A stretch of 63,059 bases of DNA, counting the filler, from Pelomyxa schiedti (taxonomy: Eukaryota > Protista > Evosea), in NCBI GenBank assembly GCA_020536535.1. It is 5 parts of 5 records of this genome, joined end to end, with 100 filler letters (N's around TTAATTAATTAA, not from the genome) between each part and the next. Parts side by side here need not be neighbours in the genome. Positions count along the whole stretch, not along the records: positions 1 to 23,705 come from JAHLWZ010000744.1; 4 more parts are not named here. One strand, 5' to 3'. Within the stretch, counting starts at the first letter, position 1, and every line of letters starts with the position of its first letter. Made by a program: the position numbers and the translations under genes. The notes beneath the pieces are model-generated. The model was given only the letters and a program-made list of their open reading frames with translations. It was not told the DNA's origin and made no database searches. Shown in pieces: positions 12,301 to 23,805 of this stretch.

Positions 12301-15300
12301 AGTGTCAGCTGACACAACAGGCAGGCAGGATTGAGGAATACGAAAAAAAGCTAAAAGATAACTCACAAGTTATTGAGGGGCTGGTGGCGGACAAACTTTC
12401 CATAGAACACGAGTACAAACAAATGCAAGAGCTCCAGCAAAACAAGACTGATTCAGGCACCGCACAGAGTGAGATTATGGCACAAATACAAACTCAAGCC
12501 GTTCAACTTACAGAGCTCCACCTTAGAGTTGCTGAGATGGAAACGTTGAAAGATGCGCTTCAGTCGAAATGTGAGGCCATATTACAGGCGGACGAAGCCA
12601 GGAATAAAGCAGAAATTGAACTTCATTCATTGCAGAAGGAACTTGAAAAGATACAATCTCTAAGGCAACAAGACCTTGAAAAAGAAAGGGAAATGCAAAA
12701 CGCCATTAATTTGGAAAAATCACTACAAAACGAGCTCCAATCGAAGCTCAGAACCGTAGAGAATGAAAGAGATACAACGAAGGCAAAGCTAGTTATTGCA
12801 GAGCAGGCACTTATTCAATATGAGACTGCCCAGAAAGCACTACAAGCTGACATTCAAAAAGAGAGAGATCTACGTACAGCACAGATCACTGAACTAAAGG
12901 CACTTGCAACAGTGCCCGAGTCCACAGTGAAGGATCCGTCATACAATGATCAGCTCGAAAGAATACGACGTATGCATGACGTGGAAACAGCCTCACTCCA
13001 AATGCAACTGGAAGAAGCTCTAAATACTATTTCACGACAAACATCAGACATTTCTGAGGCTCAACTTGTGCTTGAGGGTGAACGGGCCGAATCCAGAGAA
13101 ATGAAATCAACAATAACAAAGCTTAACGCAGAAATTCTGGAATACCAAGGAAAGTGTCAACTTGTTGACACTTCTATAGGAACAGGCTCTCTACAAACAG
13201 AAGAAATGGAGAAGGTTCAAGCTCAGCTTTCCTCTATCCAAGTTGCTGTAGACACCGCCAGGGGGGATGTATTAAGATTAGAGACGGAAAACCAAAATCT
13301 CCGTGAGTCGAATCAAGAGAAAGCATTGCAAGCTGAAGTGCTCACAAAAGATCTTTCTGCTGTTCGAAGCACCAATACAGCACTTGAGATGGGGATGCAT
13401 GAACTCCATACATCAATTGAAAAGAATAAGCAAATACTTAACCAGTTAGATGCCGAAAAAATGCTCTTTGTCAAGCAAGTCACTGATCTCAGTGGTCGTG
13501 CAGACGAACTCAAAATGCTCACTCAAACTTTAGCAGTAGAGCGTGAGCAACTGCGATCAGATCTGGCTAACCACATAAAACTGTTTAAGGCAAAGGAAAA
13601 GGAGTATGCAAAAAAAGTGTGTCTACCTGTAACCATTGCATTCATCTTAATTTATCCATGTAGCTGACAGATATGAAAACCGCACTTATAGGAGCCCAAA
13701 ATGATAAGAAGACGTTGGTACCTCTTTTTCCAATTTCTTACCGTGGCATTGACAGAAAATAGGAATCTGAACGTGTTCGTCTTGAAAGGGAAAATCGAGC
13801 AATCAAAGTAAAACGCTTTCTAACTATTTCTTATTGTTTTTCTTATTTGCCAGCAACTTACTCATTTAAGGCAGATGTTGACCGCGCAGTGGCTAGGATA
13901 TGTCAGTCCAAAAGTGAATATGTACTGCTACCGATATTTGCAAATGTTTTACTTCCGTTTACAGAAAGAACTGGAGCTTTATGCTGAGCAGCTTCAATCA
14001 CAGTTCGATGAAACAAATCTGGCCAAGGTCGATATTCAAACAAAGTTTGACAAGCTATGCACAGATTACTCCATGAAATCCAATGAACTGGAGGAAATTT
14101 CTCTCCGATGTGACAAGGAAGTGTCTTCACGTAATGCTATTACCCAGGAATTGCAGTCGAAATTAGATAAGGCTATATCAGATTTGGCTGAGAGTTCAAC
14201 GAAACACACGTTAGTTGTGCAGTCCCTACAGCAGCAAATAGAAAATCTTTCCACCGAACTTTCACAATCCACCACTGCAAAATCTGCTGCCCAGGAACTC
14301 TTGCAAACGAAAATTGCACGGCACATCGAAGAGCAGCGGGAACTGCAATCTAAGATTGAGAATCTAACTACAAACTTTGGCGATTCAAATATGGAGGAAT
14401 CCAATCAGAACCTGCACATGAAGATTGCACAACTCAATACTGATATAGAAACCATCAATTTGAGGCATGAGACAGAAAAGTCCGCACTTCAATCAAAAAT
14501 ATCCCAATTGTCATCAGAGCTTGCACAATCCATCACCTTGTGTCGTGAGGCAAAAGCCTCAAACCAGCCCCATGCCGAACTAATGGGCGAATTGATACCA
14601 ATTTCACATGAACCGGACATTCAAGTGAAGCACGACGCACCTGATACGAGCACTTCCCTAAATGAGACCAAAAACTGTGATACTGCAAGTGTACAAACAG
14701 AACTGCAGACGACTGCAATCGAAATTTCAAAACTGTCAGAAGAAAATTCTCAGCTTAAGGCATTTTAAATAATTTAGACGCAGGCTAATCAGTCTCACAA
14801 ATAACAGATACAAATTGAGAGCATAAACAAATTGCTTCAGCAGACAAAAGTATCAAGTGAGGAAGATCTAGCAGCACAGTCAAAAGAGATACAGATACTC
14901 CAGGTTTTCCTCTTTTCCTTGTTTACTATTATTACCAGCTTACTGGATCAAAAGGAAAAAATCAATTCAGTGTGTCAGCAAAACGCAGAATCAGCTCGTC
15001 TTGTAGAACTCAAGCTGGAGCAAGAAGTACAAGAAAAGAAAACCCAAATTGAAAATCTTGGGAAAGAAAATACGAACTTACAGGTCTCTTCCAAGGGTAG
15101 TTAACTCGCTCTCAAAAGCAAAAAGGAAGTAATGAGTAGTTTGAAGAGTTTATTGACTCAAGCTGAGGCAGAAATTCAAGCAAATAAAGCCGTAAGTACC
15201 CAGTCAGTGTTGATGTCCATTAACGATTTGTACAAGGAAAAGAAAAACTTCGAAGAAGAAATATTGAAGCTTCAGGCATCCGTTGTAACTCTTGACGAAA

Positions 15301-15654
15301 ACTGCAAATTGTTATCTTCTGTAGGTTCTTGTTTTGCTGACGCTATACTTACCTTTTCTTGTACAGGCACTTGCCGAACTCCAACAACAGTCCAGTCCTG
15401 AAGCTGAAACACTCAAGCAACAGCTTGAAGTCCTGACACAAGAATTCAACAACATCCAGGAGAACCGCGACCAGTGGAAATCAGCGGCTGAGGCAATGGA
15501 ACAGCTCGGTAGACAATCAGTAGTTGAGCGTGATGCTACAATTGCTGAATTGACGGCTCAAAAAGAGCGACTGGAAAACACATTAGCCACAGTCGAGCAA
15601 AAGAACGAGTCACTGGACCGCATGCTAAAAAAACTAACCAATCTCAAGACATGA
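9390..15654 (+). CDS. Kelch-repeat beta-propeller + very long coiled-coil protein (Kel1/Tea1-like architecture)
   Basis: Kelch repeats include PLPRAWHSAVTMGSKIYIFG, RCGHTATL, PMCHHTAVF, LPRYHHAAVVMGNKMYVFGG and PPPLSGHSAVVVANRILVWGG. A Ser/Pro/Thr linker follows, then heptad-rich E/Q/K/L ORFs at 11328-13667, 13875-14768 and 14832-15654. Confidence 0.85.
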
Positions 15655-15868
15655 CCAACAGCCAACGAACATGAGGGGCTGAGCAGCCTCACTCCCTGTT
15701 CAAGTATTTTGTACTATCATTTCACCCTAAGAAACCCACTATTCAAACACACCCAAAAAAAAAAAAACCACTTGAATTTTGCAACATCCTTCTTTCTCTT
15801 AGGAACAACAACTGTTGAATGAATTTATTACAGTTGAAGTTTCCTACTTCCCAGTAAGTCACCGAATA

Positions 15869-18800
15869 CTAAGCACCAGCATTCCTTAAGATAGCCTGAA
15901 CAACCCACTCCAAGGCCTCCCAAATGCCTTCATGTGTTATAGCCGTAGTTGGTTGCACGTGCCAGTCCCTGCTGCCTGTTGGAATGTCACGCAGCCCAAG
16001 TGCTTGTATTATTTCATCAGGCCCCACGGCACTAGGCAAGTCTTGCTGAAATAGAAGCATCAGGGAGCAAGAAAATTTAGTGTAGTAAACCTTATTGGCA
16101 AGTACACATAAGGGGACTTTGACGAGCTCGCGGGAACTCAGAACCTATATTTGTGTTGGTAAATGATGGTGTCTCCTGAGTGCTATGTGTTGTGTGGTGT
16201 TTGTGTAGTATTGCTGTTGTACTTCGGTCCATAGGGCTTGGCGGGACTCCTCGAATCGCCTGCGGTCGTTGGAATCGACTATGTAGATGATGCACTGGGT
16301 GTTATCGTAGTAGTGCCGCCATAGAGGCCGGATTTTGTCACTTTCAACGGGGTTGGGTTGGAATTACTTCTTGTGTGTGTGACATACATGCCGCCTACTG
16401 CCCATACAGTTAAATCAGCACCTTTTAGAGGTATGGTCTCAACACAGAACCCGATGTTGGGCCCGGCTGACACGACTTCGCCCAACTTCCACTAGGGTAA
16501 TGTAAAAGAAAGGAGTTTGGGAGCGATGAGTACTTTCGTACCATATACAAAGTAGTTAGAGAGCCAGCGGCATCCAATCCTGTTGTTTTGTTGAGGGTTT
16601 AAAGTTTTATGGTACTAGTATAGTACCTATCATCAAAACTCGAAAATTTCGTCTTTTCTCCAGTGATAACAGGCCACTAAGTTTTGAGATCAGCCCGTGC
16701 TTCCGACTGTCGTCTAATTGTGCAAGCCTAAGAAGGTCCTTAGTGTTTTTTTTTGCCAGTCATTCAAGACACCTTTGCAGGAATTTGCTGTACTCTGGAA
16801 CTCTCATTAAAAATTTCAACTTCCACAGAGAGTCCTCAAGGCTGGTGGTGCTATGCAGAATATCAATCCTAAGACTGGTTACACCCATTCAGGTTTGATC
16901 ACTACCTCTCCACTGGAAGCATACTAGCTGCGAGCTTGTAAATTGCTCTATTAGGTGACGCTAACTCGGCCTCAAGCCACCCTTGGCGGGTCCATTTGAG
17001 TTCTGTTCTGGAAAAATATTGGGACATTGAATTTCCTCAAATCCACTTGGGAGACCTACTGGGAAAAAATTGGTTTCCACAGGCTATCACTTGATGATAT
17101 GATACGCAGTGCTTTGCTTGTTCTTCCGAGAGCGAGTAAAGACTGGGTAAATTCATTAGGGAGTGGGACAGAAGAAATGCAGGTTACTTGGGGGTCTTTA
17201 ATGAAGGAAAGCAAGTGCCAAAGTAAAGGCGTAGGCAGTACCGAAAATGCTCCCAACGGGGTTGAAGGAGTATGAGAAGTAGGAAGTGCGCCACAAACTG
17301 CTGCTGTGTGCAACCAACCACACGAAACCTGAAAAGAAGTCACAAAAGACATGGTGAATTGTGTTAACTGATAAAATGGGTGCTGACACGGATAAAATTT
17401 GTGTGGGAATGAGAACATAGTCGGAGCACGGTTGCCCACATTGTCCATGTCTATTTGACCCAAACATATACCTGAAGCAAGTTATTCAAGGTTAAGAGGG
17501 GAATGATAACAATTTTCCGGAACTGGATACAATGCCGCTGTGCGACTCACCTGATGAACCATTGGCCGAAATTTCTATAACGCGTTCCTATGAGGACATT
17601 GAGTTGTTCTTCTAATTTGAGAAGCTTCAACTTTTCGATTGAATAGTTCCATATTAAAATCGGACAAAGGCCTGCAGTAAAACCGCACTCTTAGTATAAT
17701 TAGTAACGGAGATGAAGTAATACTGAGGGATAACTGTATCTGATGCTGATGCAAATCCACAATTTCCATGCCTACCCCAGGAGAATATCTTTCAAATGTT
17801 AATCACTTTGCCGAACCAGAATATAAATCACATTTGTACGAAAATTTGGATGGTTTGCTTGAGTTGTTGCCAAAGAATGGCAATCTCCACACGCTATATT
17901 ATCGATAACTTCAGTGAATATTTCTGATGGCTGAAAATTGACAGGATGCGGGCAATATCTTTCGGCAGTGTCACCAACTCCAAGTTGGCCATACCTTTTG
18001 TATTCAGGCATTACTAGACATTGCATGGGAAAACCTATTAGCTCCACAAGAAAAAACTGTCCCAAGGTCTGTGAGGAATAAAGTGTGTTGACCACCACAG
18101 GCAGATTTGGTTATTCTCACACGGAGGTCAATTTTTTCTGGCTTTTTTCGGTCCTATGCTATTATCAGTAACTGTTAGTATATTATCCATAAAACCTTGC
18201 AGTCACCTAGACCCAGTTGGCCATGTGAGTTGGTTCCCCAGGAGAACACTGTCCCGTCTTTACAACACACAACTGAAAACCCGTCTCCAGCTGAAACCTG
18301 AAGTAAAATCAATGGCAAATAAGGCAGTATGGGCCTGATAGTACGTGAGTAACCAGAACGGGTTTAAGTTCGGCAATAATTGCAGGAGCCTTACTCTTGC
18401 CTTCAACTTCACCCCACAGCCACACACAATTCGTCATATCCTCAATAGCCATACTATGCATGCCACCGCAAGATATCCTCTTTATCCTACAAGACTTCAT
18501 CCTACCAACCATAAGTTCAACACCGCACAAACACAGACTCTATCCGCAACAACGCAGATATATATACCCCTTCACAACAGCAGGGGCCTTGCACTGTGGG
18601 CCACTGTACTTCCTCCCAGTCATTTCCGAAACAGTGACTGCTGCCGCTACGGCCTTGTCCGCGCCCCACTCGTACACGCTGCCTACGTCATCAACCACGC
18701 ACGTGCAACTGCCCCCGCACGCAACTGCTACTTTCGGTGCAGTTGCTTCTGGTGACGTAGTCTCCAATGTGGCGCAGCCGCCGTCGCCGCTGCAACTGCC

Positions 18801-18977
18801 GTGTGCTGCTGGTGCTGCAGTTGCACGTGACGTGGGGGCGGAGGAGATCCCGGAAGACGGCAAAAACACGGGGCTGGGGATGTGCTGCGGCTGCGGCCCA
18901 CCCGTGGGACTCCAAGAGTGACCAAGTTGGCCGTAAGACGCGTCCCCCCAAGTGACAACAAACCAACGGCTCGTCAT
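15869..18977 (-). CDS. RCC1-repeat + F-box + ARF-like pseudo-GTPase fusion protein, multi-exon
   Basis: RCC1 repeats: [61 protein letters not shown]-box: [45 protein letters not shown]: [74 protein letters not shown]. The exons I traced from the last RCC1 repeats through the F-box into ARF join in frame through canonical GT-AG introns. Confidence 0.85.
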
Positions 18978-19281
18978 CAAAACTATCGGATCGCGTAAGA
19001 CTGATTTGTTGGAACCACTCCTTGATATCACCCAACGCGGTGTCTAGTCACCGAGTTTGTGGTAGCAGGAGAGTAGTTAACAAAGCGGGCGTGTTTGACC
19101 TGAAACAAAAAATCGAAGTGGAAATCCTTAAGATGCTGGTGGTGACGCAATCACGAGAAATGGCACTTGGAATTTTGGGAATTGTTCTTGTATCTTTTGT
19201 GGGGCTTGTTTACTGAGAACAAGTGGGAGACTGTTTTGTGCGGTGAGTAGGTGCGTGAGAAGGGTGGGCGGGAATGGACGG

Positions 19282-21960
19282 CTAAGAGAACTTCCAGCTC
19301 CGGACAACTCGTTTGGACAGTTTGGCTTCACCTGAGTGGAATTTAAGTGCAAAGAATTCTCTGGAACGAGTTGGGAACTAACCGGCATAGACCTTGGTCT
19401 TGTCAACCTTCTTGCGTCGGTTGTATTTGGCCATCTTCTTGTCGATCTTCTTGCGAAGCCGGGTGTGTGGAGTCTTGGGCTTGTGGTTCCTGCTTGTCTG
19501 TAACACTTTGTTTTTCTCCATTGTGAGTGAAATAGGTCGCTTGGAATCTGAGTCTTCTGCCTCATCTTCCTCAGTTTTCTTTGGTTCTTTTTCTTTTTTC
19601 GGTTTAACCTCGGCTTCTGATGGTTCCTCGGTTTCAGTTTCTCTTAAGAGATGTTAGGGCTGCTGTTAATCAAAAGGAAGCTTTACTTGGTTTTCTTGGC
19701 TTCCTCCTTGACTCGTTTTATTGATTTCATTTTTTTGTCAAGTGGTAGAGGGATATCAACATCAGCTGACCGCTGAGGGGCAGCAGACTAATGAATAAGT
19801 TATTTACGGAATCCTAAAAGGAGAACTTACAGTCTGTTCCAAGGCACTAACAGCATAACTCATCCCTGCATAATTTTTCTGGGAAGATTCTGCTTTCTGA
19901 TAATCTACTTCTTCGTCATCCTCTATAATATCGTCAAGGTCAAATGCAGTCGCTCTGACTGGTTTGTTATTTGCTGGAAGAGGAAGTGGTGAAGTGCTGG
20001 TTGTTTGTATTTCACTGGGCTCTGCCTTGGGAGGCGGGCTGGTTGGTGTTGTTTGTGGCTTAGTCACAGTAAATATTGATTTTCCAGTAGAAGGCTTCAT
20101 TTGTTTGGGAGATGCAAGTGATTTGGTTGTTTTTGGTGTATTGGCGGGTTTCTTTGTGGGTTTTGGAGGCTCAGATGGTTTTTTCACGACTTTGGAAGTG
20201 GTTGTTGTACTTTTAGCGGAATCTGTTGATGCTGGTTCTGTCTTTCTGCTAGTTTTAGTCGAGGTTGCCGGAGTATGGTTGATGACAGTTTTCTTTGTAG
20301 ATGAGGTTGTTGGTTTTGTGGGAATATCGATGATTTTGGCAGATTTTTTTGCCTTCTCCTTAGGTGTTGATGTGGGTTCAGGTTTGACGGAGCTTTTACT
20401 TTTTGGGATCTTTTTTTCCTCTGTCATTTCTTGAATGTCATTTTCATCTGACATTGCGAACTTGTCAATGCGAGTTCGGAATTTTTCTTCAACAGCCTAA
20501 TGAAACAATAAGCACAGGGAAGGGTGCCAGAGACAGCTAAATAACCTTCAACTTATTTAAAGATTCTTTCCCTGCTACCATCTGATCAATGACGGGATGA
20601 TCCCGGAGGGTGAGGTCTGCCATTTTCAAGGAAAAGAAAAATGATACATTCATGCAGTACTGCTTCAGCAAAGCTGGAAATGTTGTTACCTAAGGAGGCA
20701 ATTTGCGAAGTTTCCCTACCAAATTTGATCTGCATGAACTGCACCCAAGCTTGGCTTCTAGTTTTCCGAGGGAGTCCATTGGCTCTGTACTTGGGTAAGA
20801 GGAAAAAATCTTAGAGGTTAACTTATTTACACGGGAGTGGAAGTACTTTTCAACTAGAGCTTGGAGGGTCAACATCTGTTCCACACATTGTTGATAGTCA
20901 GCCAAAAGACTTTGAAGTTCAGGGGATTTGCGGGACACAAATTTCCTGCGCTCCTCGGGAGACATTTTATCCAACTCTGAAGTCCCAAGCTGAGGTTCTT
21001 CTTTGGAGCTGTCCACCTGGCTTTAGTTGTTTTGTTTGATTAAGAGAAAAAGGATGACAGAGCTTCAACACACTTTGCTTGGTTGGTCGCTGGTAGACTG
21101 TTATCCTCTGCACTCGTGTTTTGTCCTTTTTTTTTCTTTTTCTGGAATCGGTCATATATTAGAGATTGAATGCTTTCAATCTTTCAAACCGTGCTGTCTT
21201 TGGCGATAATTGATCCGATGGAATCCACAAAATCACTTGAATGAAGATTTGCTAGATGTGCTCTTTGTGATATCACTGCATTTGTGATACCCTCTTTTGA
21301 AACTTTTTTTTTTTAAAGTTAGTTGTCATCAGTGAAAAAGTGTGTAGCCAACTTGCAGGAGCAAACCACCTCTGCTTGCTTGTGTATAAGTCCTCCTTGG
21401 ACACTTTTATGGGGGCATCTGGCACAGTGGTCACTTCATTTAACAAAACTAAAGGGAAGTAAAGCATGCCTACAGTGTCGTTTAGAGTAAATGGTTTGGG
21501 TGCCACAAGCTTCTTTTTCCCGTACATCAGGTCTTTGTATTCTTGGAGAACAGCTTGTGACTGGCTTAAATCATCATCATCTTCGACCTCTTCTTCTTCG
21601 TAATCGTCATCATTGTCCACTCTTTCCGCATCAATCGTCATAACAGAGACACTGTCCGAATCAGGGACAGACCAACCACCACGCTCTGTTGGGGGAGGAA
21701 ACGTTAATTCCTTGCCATGAAGAACAATACTATGCAAGGATACAAAATACAGATAAAAAAGGAAAACAAAGGGTTCAAACCTGGTCTACTTGGATTCCTG
21801 AACATAGACTTTTCAAGCGAAATGAAATCCGTTTGTGCCGAAACTGCACGTCCTCCTTAAAAACTCGCCAAAAAAAAAAAAAAAAAGACCTACATGCATT
21901 GGGAGCATCGCTGAACTCTTCCCTCTGTGGTTCCCCTTGTCGTGGTTTTCTTCTGCTCAT
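19282..21960 (-). CDS. SAS10: Sas10/Utp3 (U3 snoRNP-associated SSU processome subunit)
   Basis: Acidic N-terminus, then ELDKMSPEERRKFVSRKSPELQSLL and LRDHPVIDQM, a Lys/Thr/Pro-rich middle, and a C-terminal KRPISLTMEKNKVL...PHTRLRKK...VYA/GEAKLSKRVVRSWKFS* that matches the Sas10 C-terminal domain. Confidence 0.85.
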
Positions 21961-22239
21961 TTCCGTGCGTCTTCAACACCCACCTCCCCGCAATAAACCA
22001 ACCCCTTATTACTGGATGCAACTGTGGGATTGGGTTCTAACAGATCTGTCTGAGAAAGCTCAGTTCACACGGGGAACGATGCTCCGGCACTCAGTGTCCT
22101 CAATTTCCTCTGCCGCGTACGATGCTCAAATGGGCTGTGTTCTCTATCCTCTCTTGGAGTTCTAATGTTAATTTGTCCAGTTGCCAACTTCAACTTTCAA
22201 CTTGTTGTGCGTTTCGTGTGTGTTTTCTGTTATTTTTGC

Positions 22240-22850
22240 ATGGCAGGTTCTACGGCGGCGTCGTTGAGTGAGCCGACGGGACTGTGCTGCCCTTACTGTC
22301 TCAACGTTTTCGTTGATCCCGTGGTTTTAAAGGTGTTTCTTGTTTTTTTCTTCTCCCACGTCCGGGGTTTGTTTGACCAACGACCAACAAATAGTGTGGG
22401 GACAGCATGTGTCGTGGGTGTGTTGTCAGTTGCATGGCGACTCAATGTGCTCTCGCCCTGTCGAAATTGGGTGATGACAAATCTGTTTTGGTGAGTGACA
22501 ACACGAAACACTTCTCTTTCGGGTATTTATTTTTACTGAGTACCATAAATTCCCTCTTTTTTTTTTGTTCTGCATGCAGCCTCCAGACACAGTTGAAGTG
22601 AAGTGCGTCAAGTGCTCAATGGTGACACCAGTGTCAGTGTCACGAGGCGCCAAGGCTCTCGAGACCAACCGGCACCTTGTTGAAATTCTCCATCAGAGGG
22701 AACAGGCCACTGGTTTTTTCTGAAATTGGGAAGTGTATCCACCACACCTAACACATAAAACAGGGGGTTCAGTGGTGTGTGTGGACTGTGGGCAGCCGGC
22801 TACTGCTCACTGTTCTGTCTGTGGGTCTCTGTGTGACACATGTTGGGTTG
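22240..22850 (+). CDS. RING finger + B-box (TRIM-like) protein, truncated by the N gap
   Basis: MAGSTAASLSEPTGLCCPYCLNVFVDPVVLK / CGDSMCRGC..VKCVKC..(RING-like); then VCVDCGQPATAHCSVCGSLCDTCW (B-box). Confidence 0.75.
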
Positions 22851-22950
22851 NNNNNNNNNNNNNNNNNNNNNNNNNNNNNNNNNNNNNNNNNNNNNNNNNN
22901 NNNNNNNNNNNNNNNNNNNNNNNNNNNNNNNNNNNNNNNNNNNNNNNNNN

Positions 22951-23705
22951 CATCTTCGACCTCTTCTTCTTCGTAATCGTCATCATTGTCCACTCTTTCC
23001 GCATCAATCGTCATAACAGAGACACTGTCCGAATCAGGGACAGACCAACCACCACGCTCTGTTGGGGGAGGGAACGTTAATTCCTTGCCATGAAGAACAA
23101 TACTATGCAAAGGATACAAAATACTGATAAAAAAGGAAAACAAAGGGTCCAAAACGAACCTGGTCTACTTGGATTCCTGAACATAGACTTTTCAAGCGAA
23201 ATGAAATCCGTTTGTGCCGAAACTGCACGTCCTCCTTAAAAACTCGCCAAAAAAAAAAAAAAACCTACATGCATTGGGAGCATCACTGAACTCTTCCCTC
23301 TGTGGTTCCCCTTGTCGTGGTTTTCTTCTGCTCATTTCCGTGCGTCTTCAACACCCACCTCCCCGCAATAAACAGGTCGCCCTATTACTTAATGCAACTG
23401 TGGGATTGGGTTCTAACAGATCTGTCTGAGAAAGCTCAGTTCACACGGAACGATGCTCCTGCTCTCAGTGTCCTCAATTTCCTCTACCGCGTACGATGCT
23501 CAAATTGGTTGTGATCTCTCCCCTCTCTTGGAGTTAGAAGGTTGCCAAATTCGACTTGTTGTGTTTTCGTTGTGCTATCTGTTATTTTTGCATGGCAGGT
23601 TCTACGGCGACGTCGTTGAGTGAGTCGACGGGACTGTGCTGCCCTTACTGTCTCAACGTTTTCGTTGATCCCGTGGTTTTAAAGGTGTTTCTTGCTTTTT
23701 TCTTC
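22951..23705. repeat. Diverged second copy of about 21580-22332 (Sas10 5' end, bidirectional promoter, RING exon 1); probable haplotig
   Basis: Near-identical sequence resumes after the 100-N gap, with scattered substitutions and indels (e.g. STAASLSEP vs STATSLSES). Confidence 0.85.
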
Positions 23706-23805
23706 NNNNNNNNNNNNNNNNNNNNNNNNNNNNNNNNNNNNNNNNNNNNTTAATTAATTAANNNNNNNNNNNNNNNNNNNNNNNNNNNNNNNNNNNNNNN
23801 NNNNN
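23706..23805. other. Artificial scaffold linker (N44-TTAATTAATTAA-N44)
   Basis: Six-frame stop linker embedded in Ns; the same construct recurs at 43072, 53282 and 61629. Confidence 0.95.

Noticed and set aside
23750-23761. Recurrent TTAATTAATTAA as a transposon TTAA target site or regulatory motif
   Set aside because: It is always centred in exactly 44+44 Ns, so it is an artificial linker.
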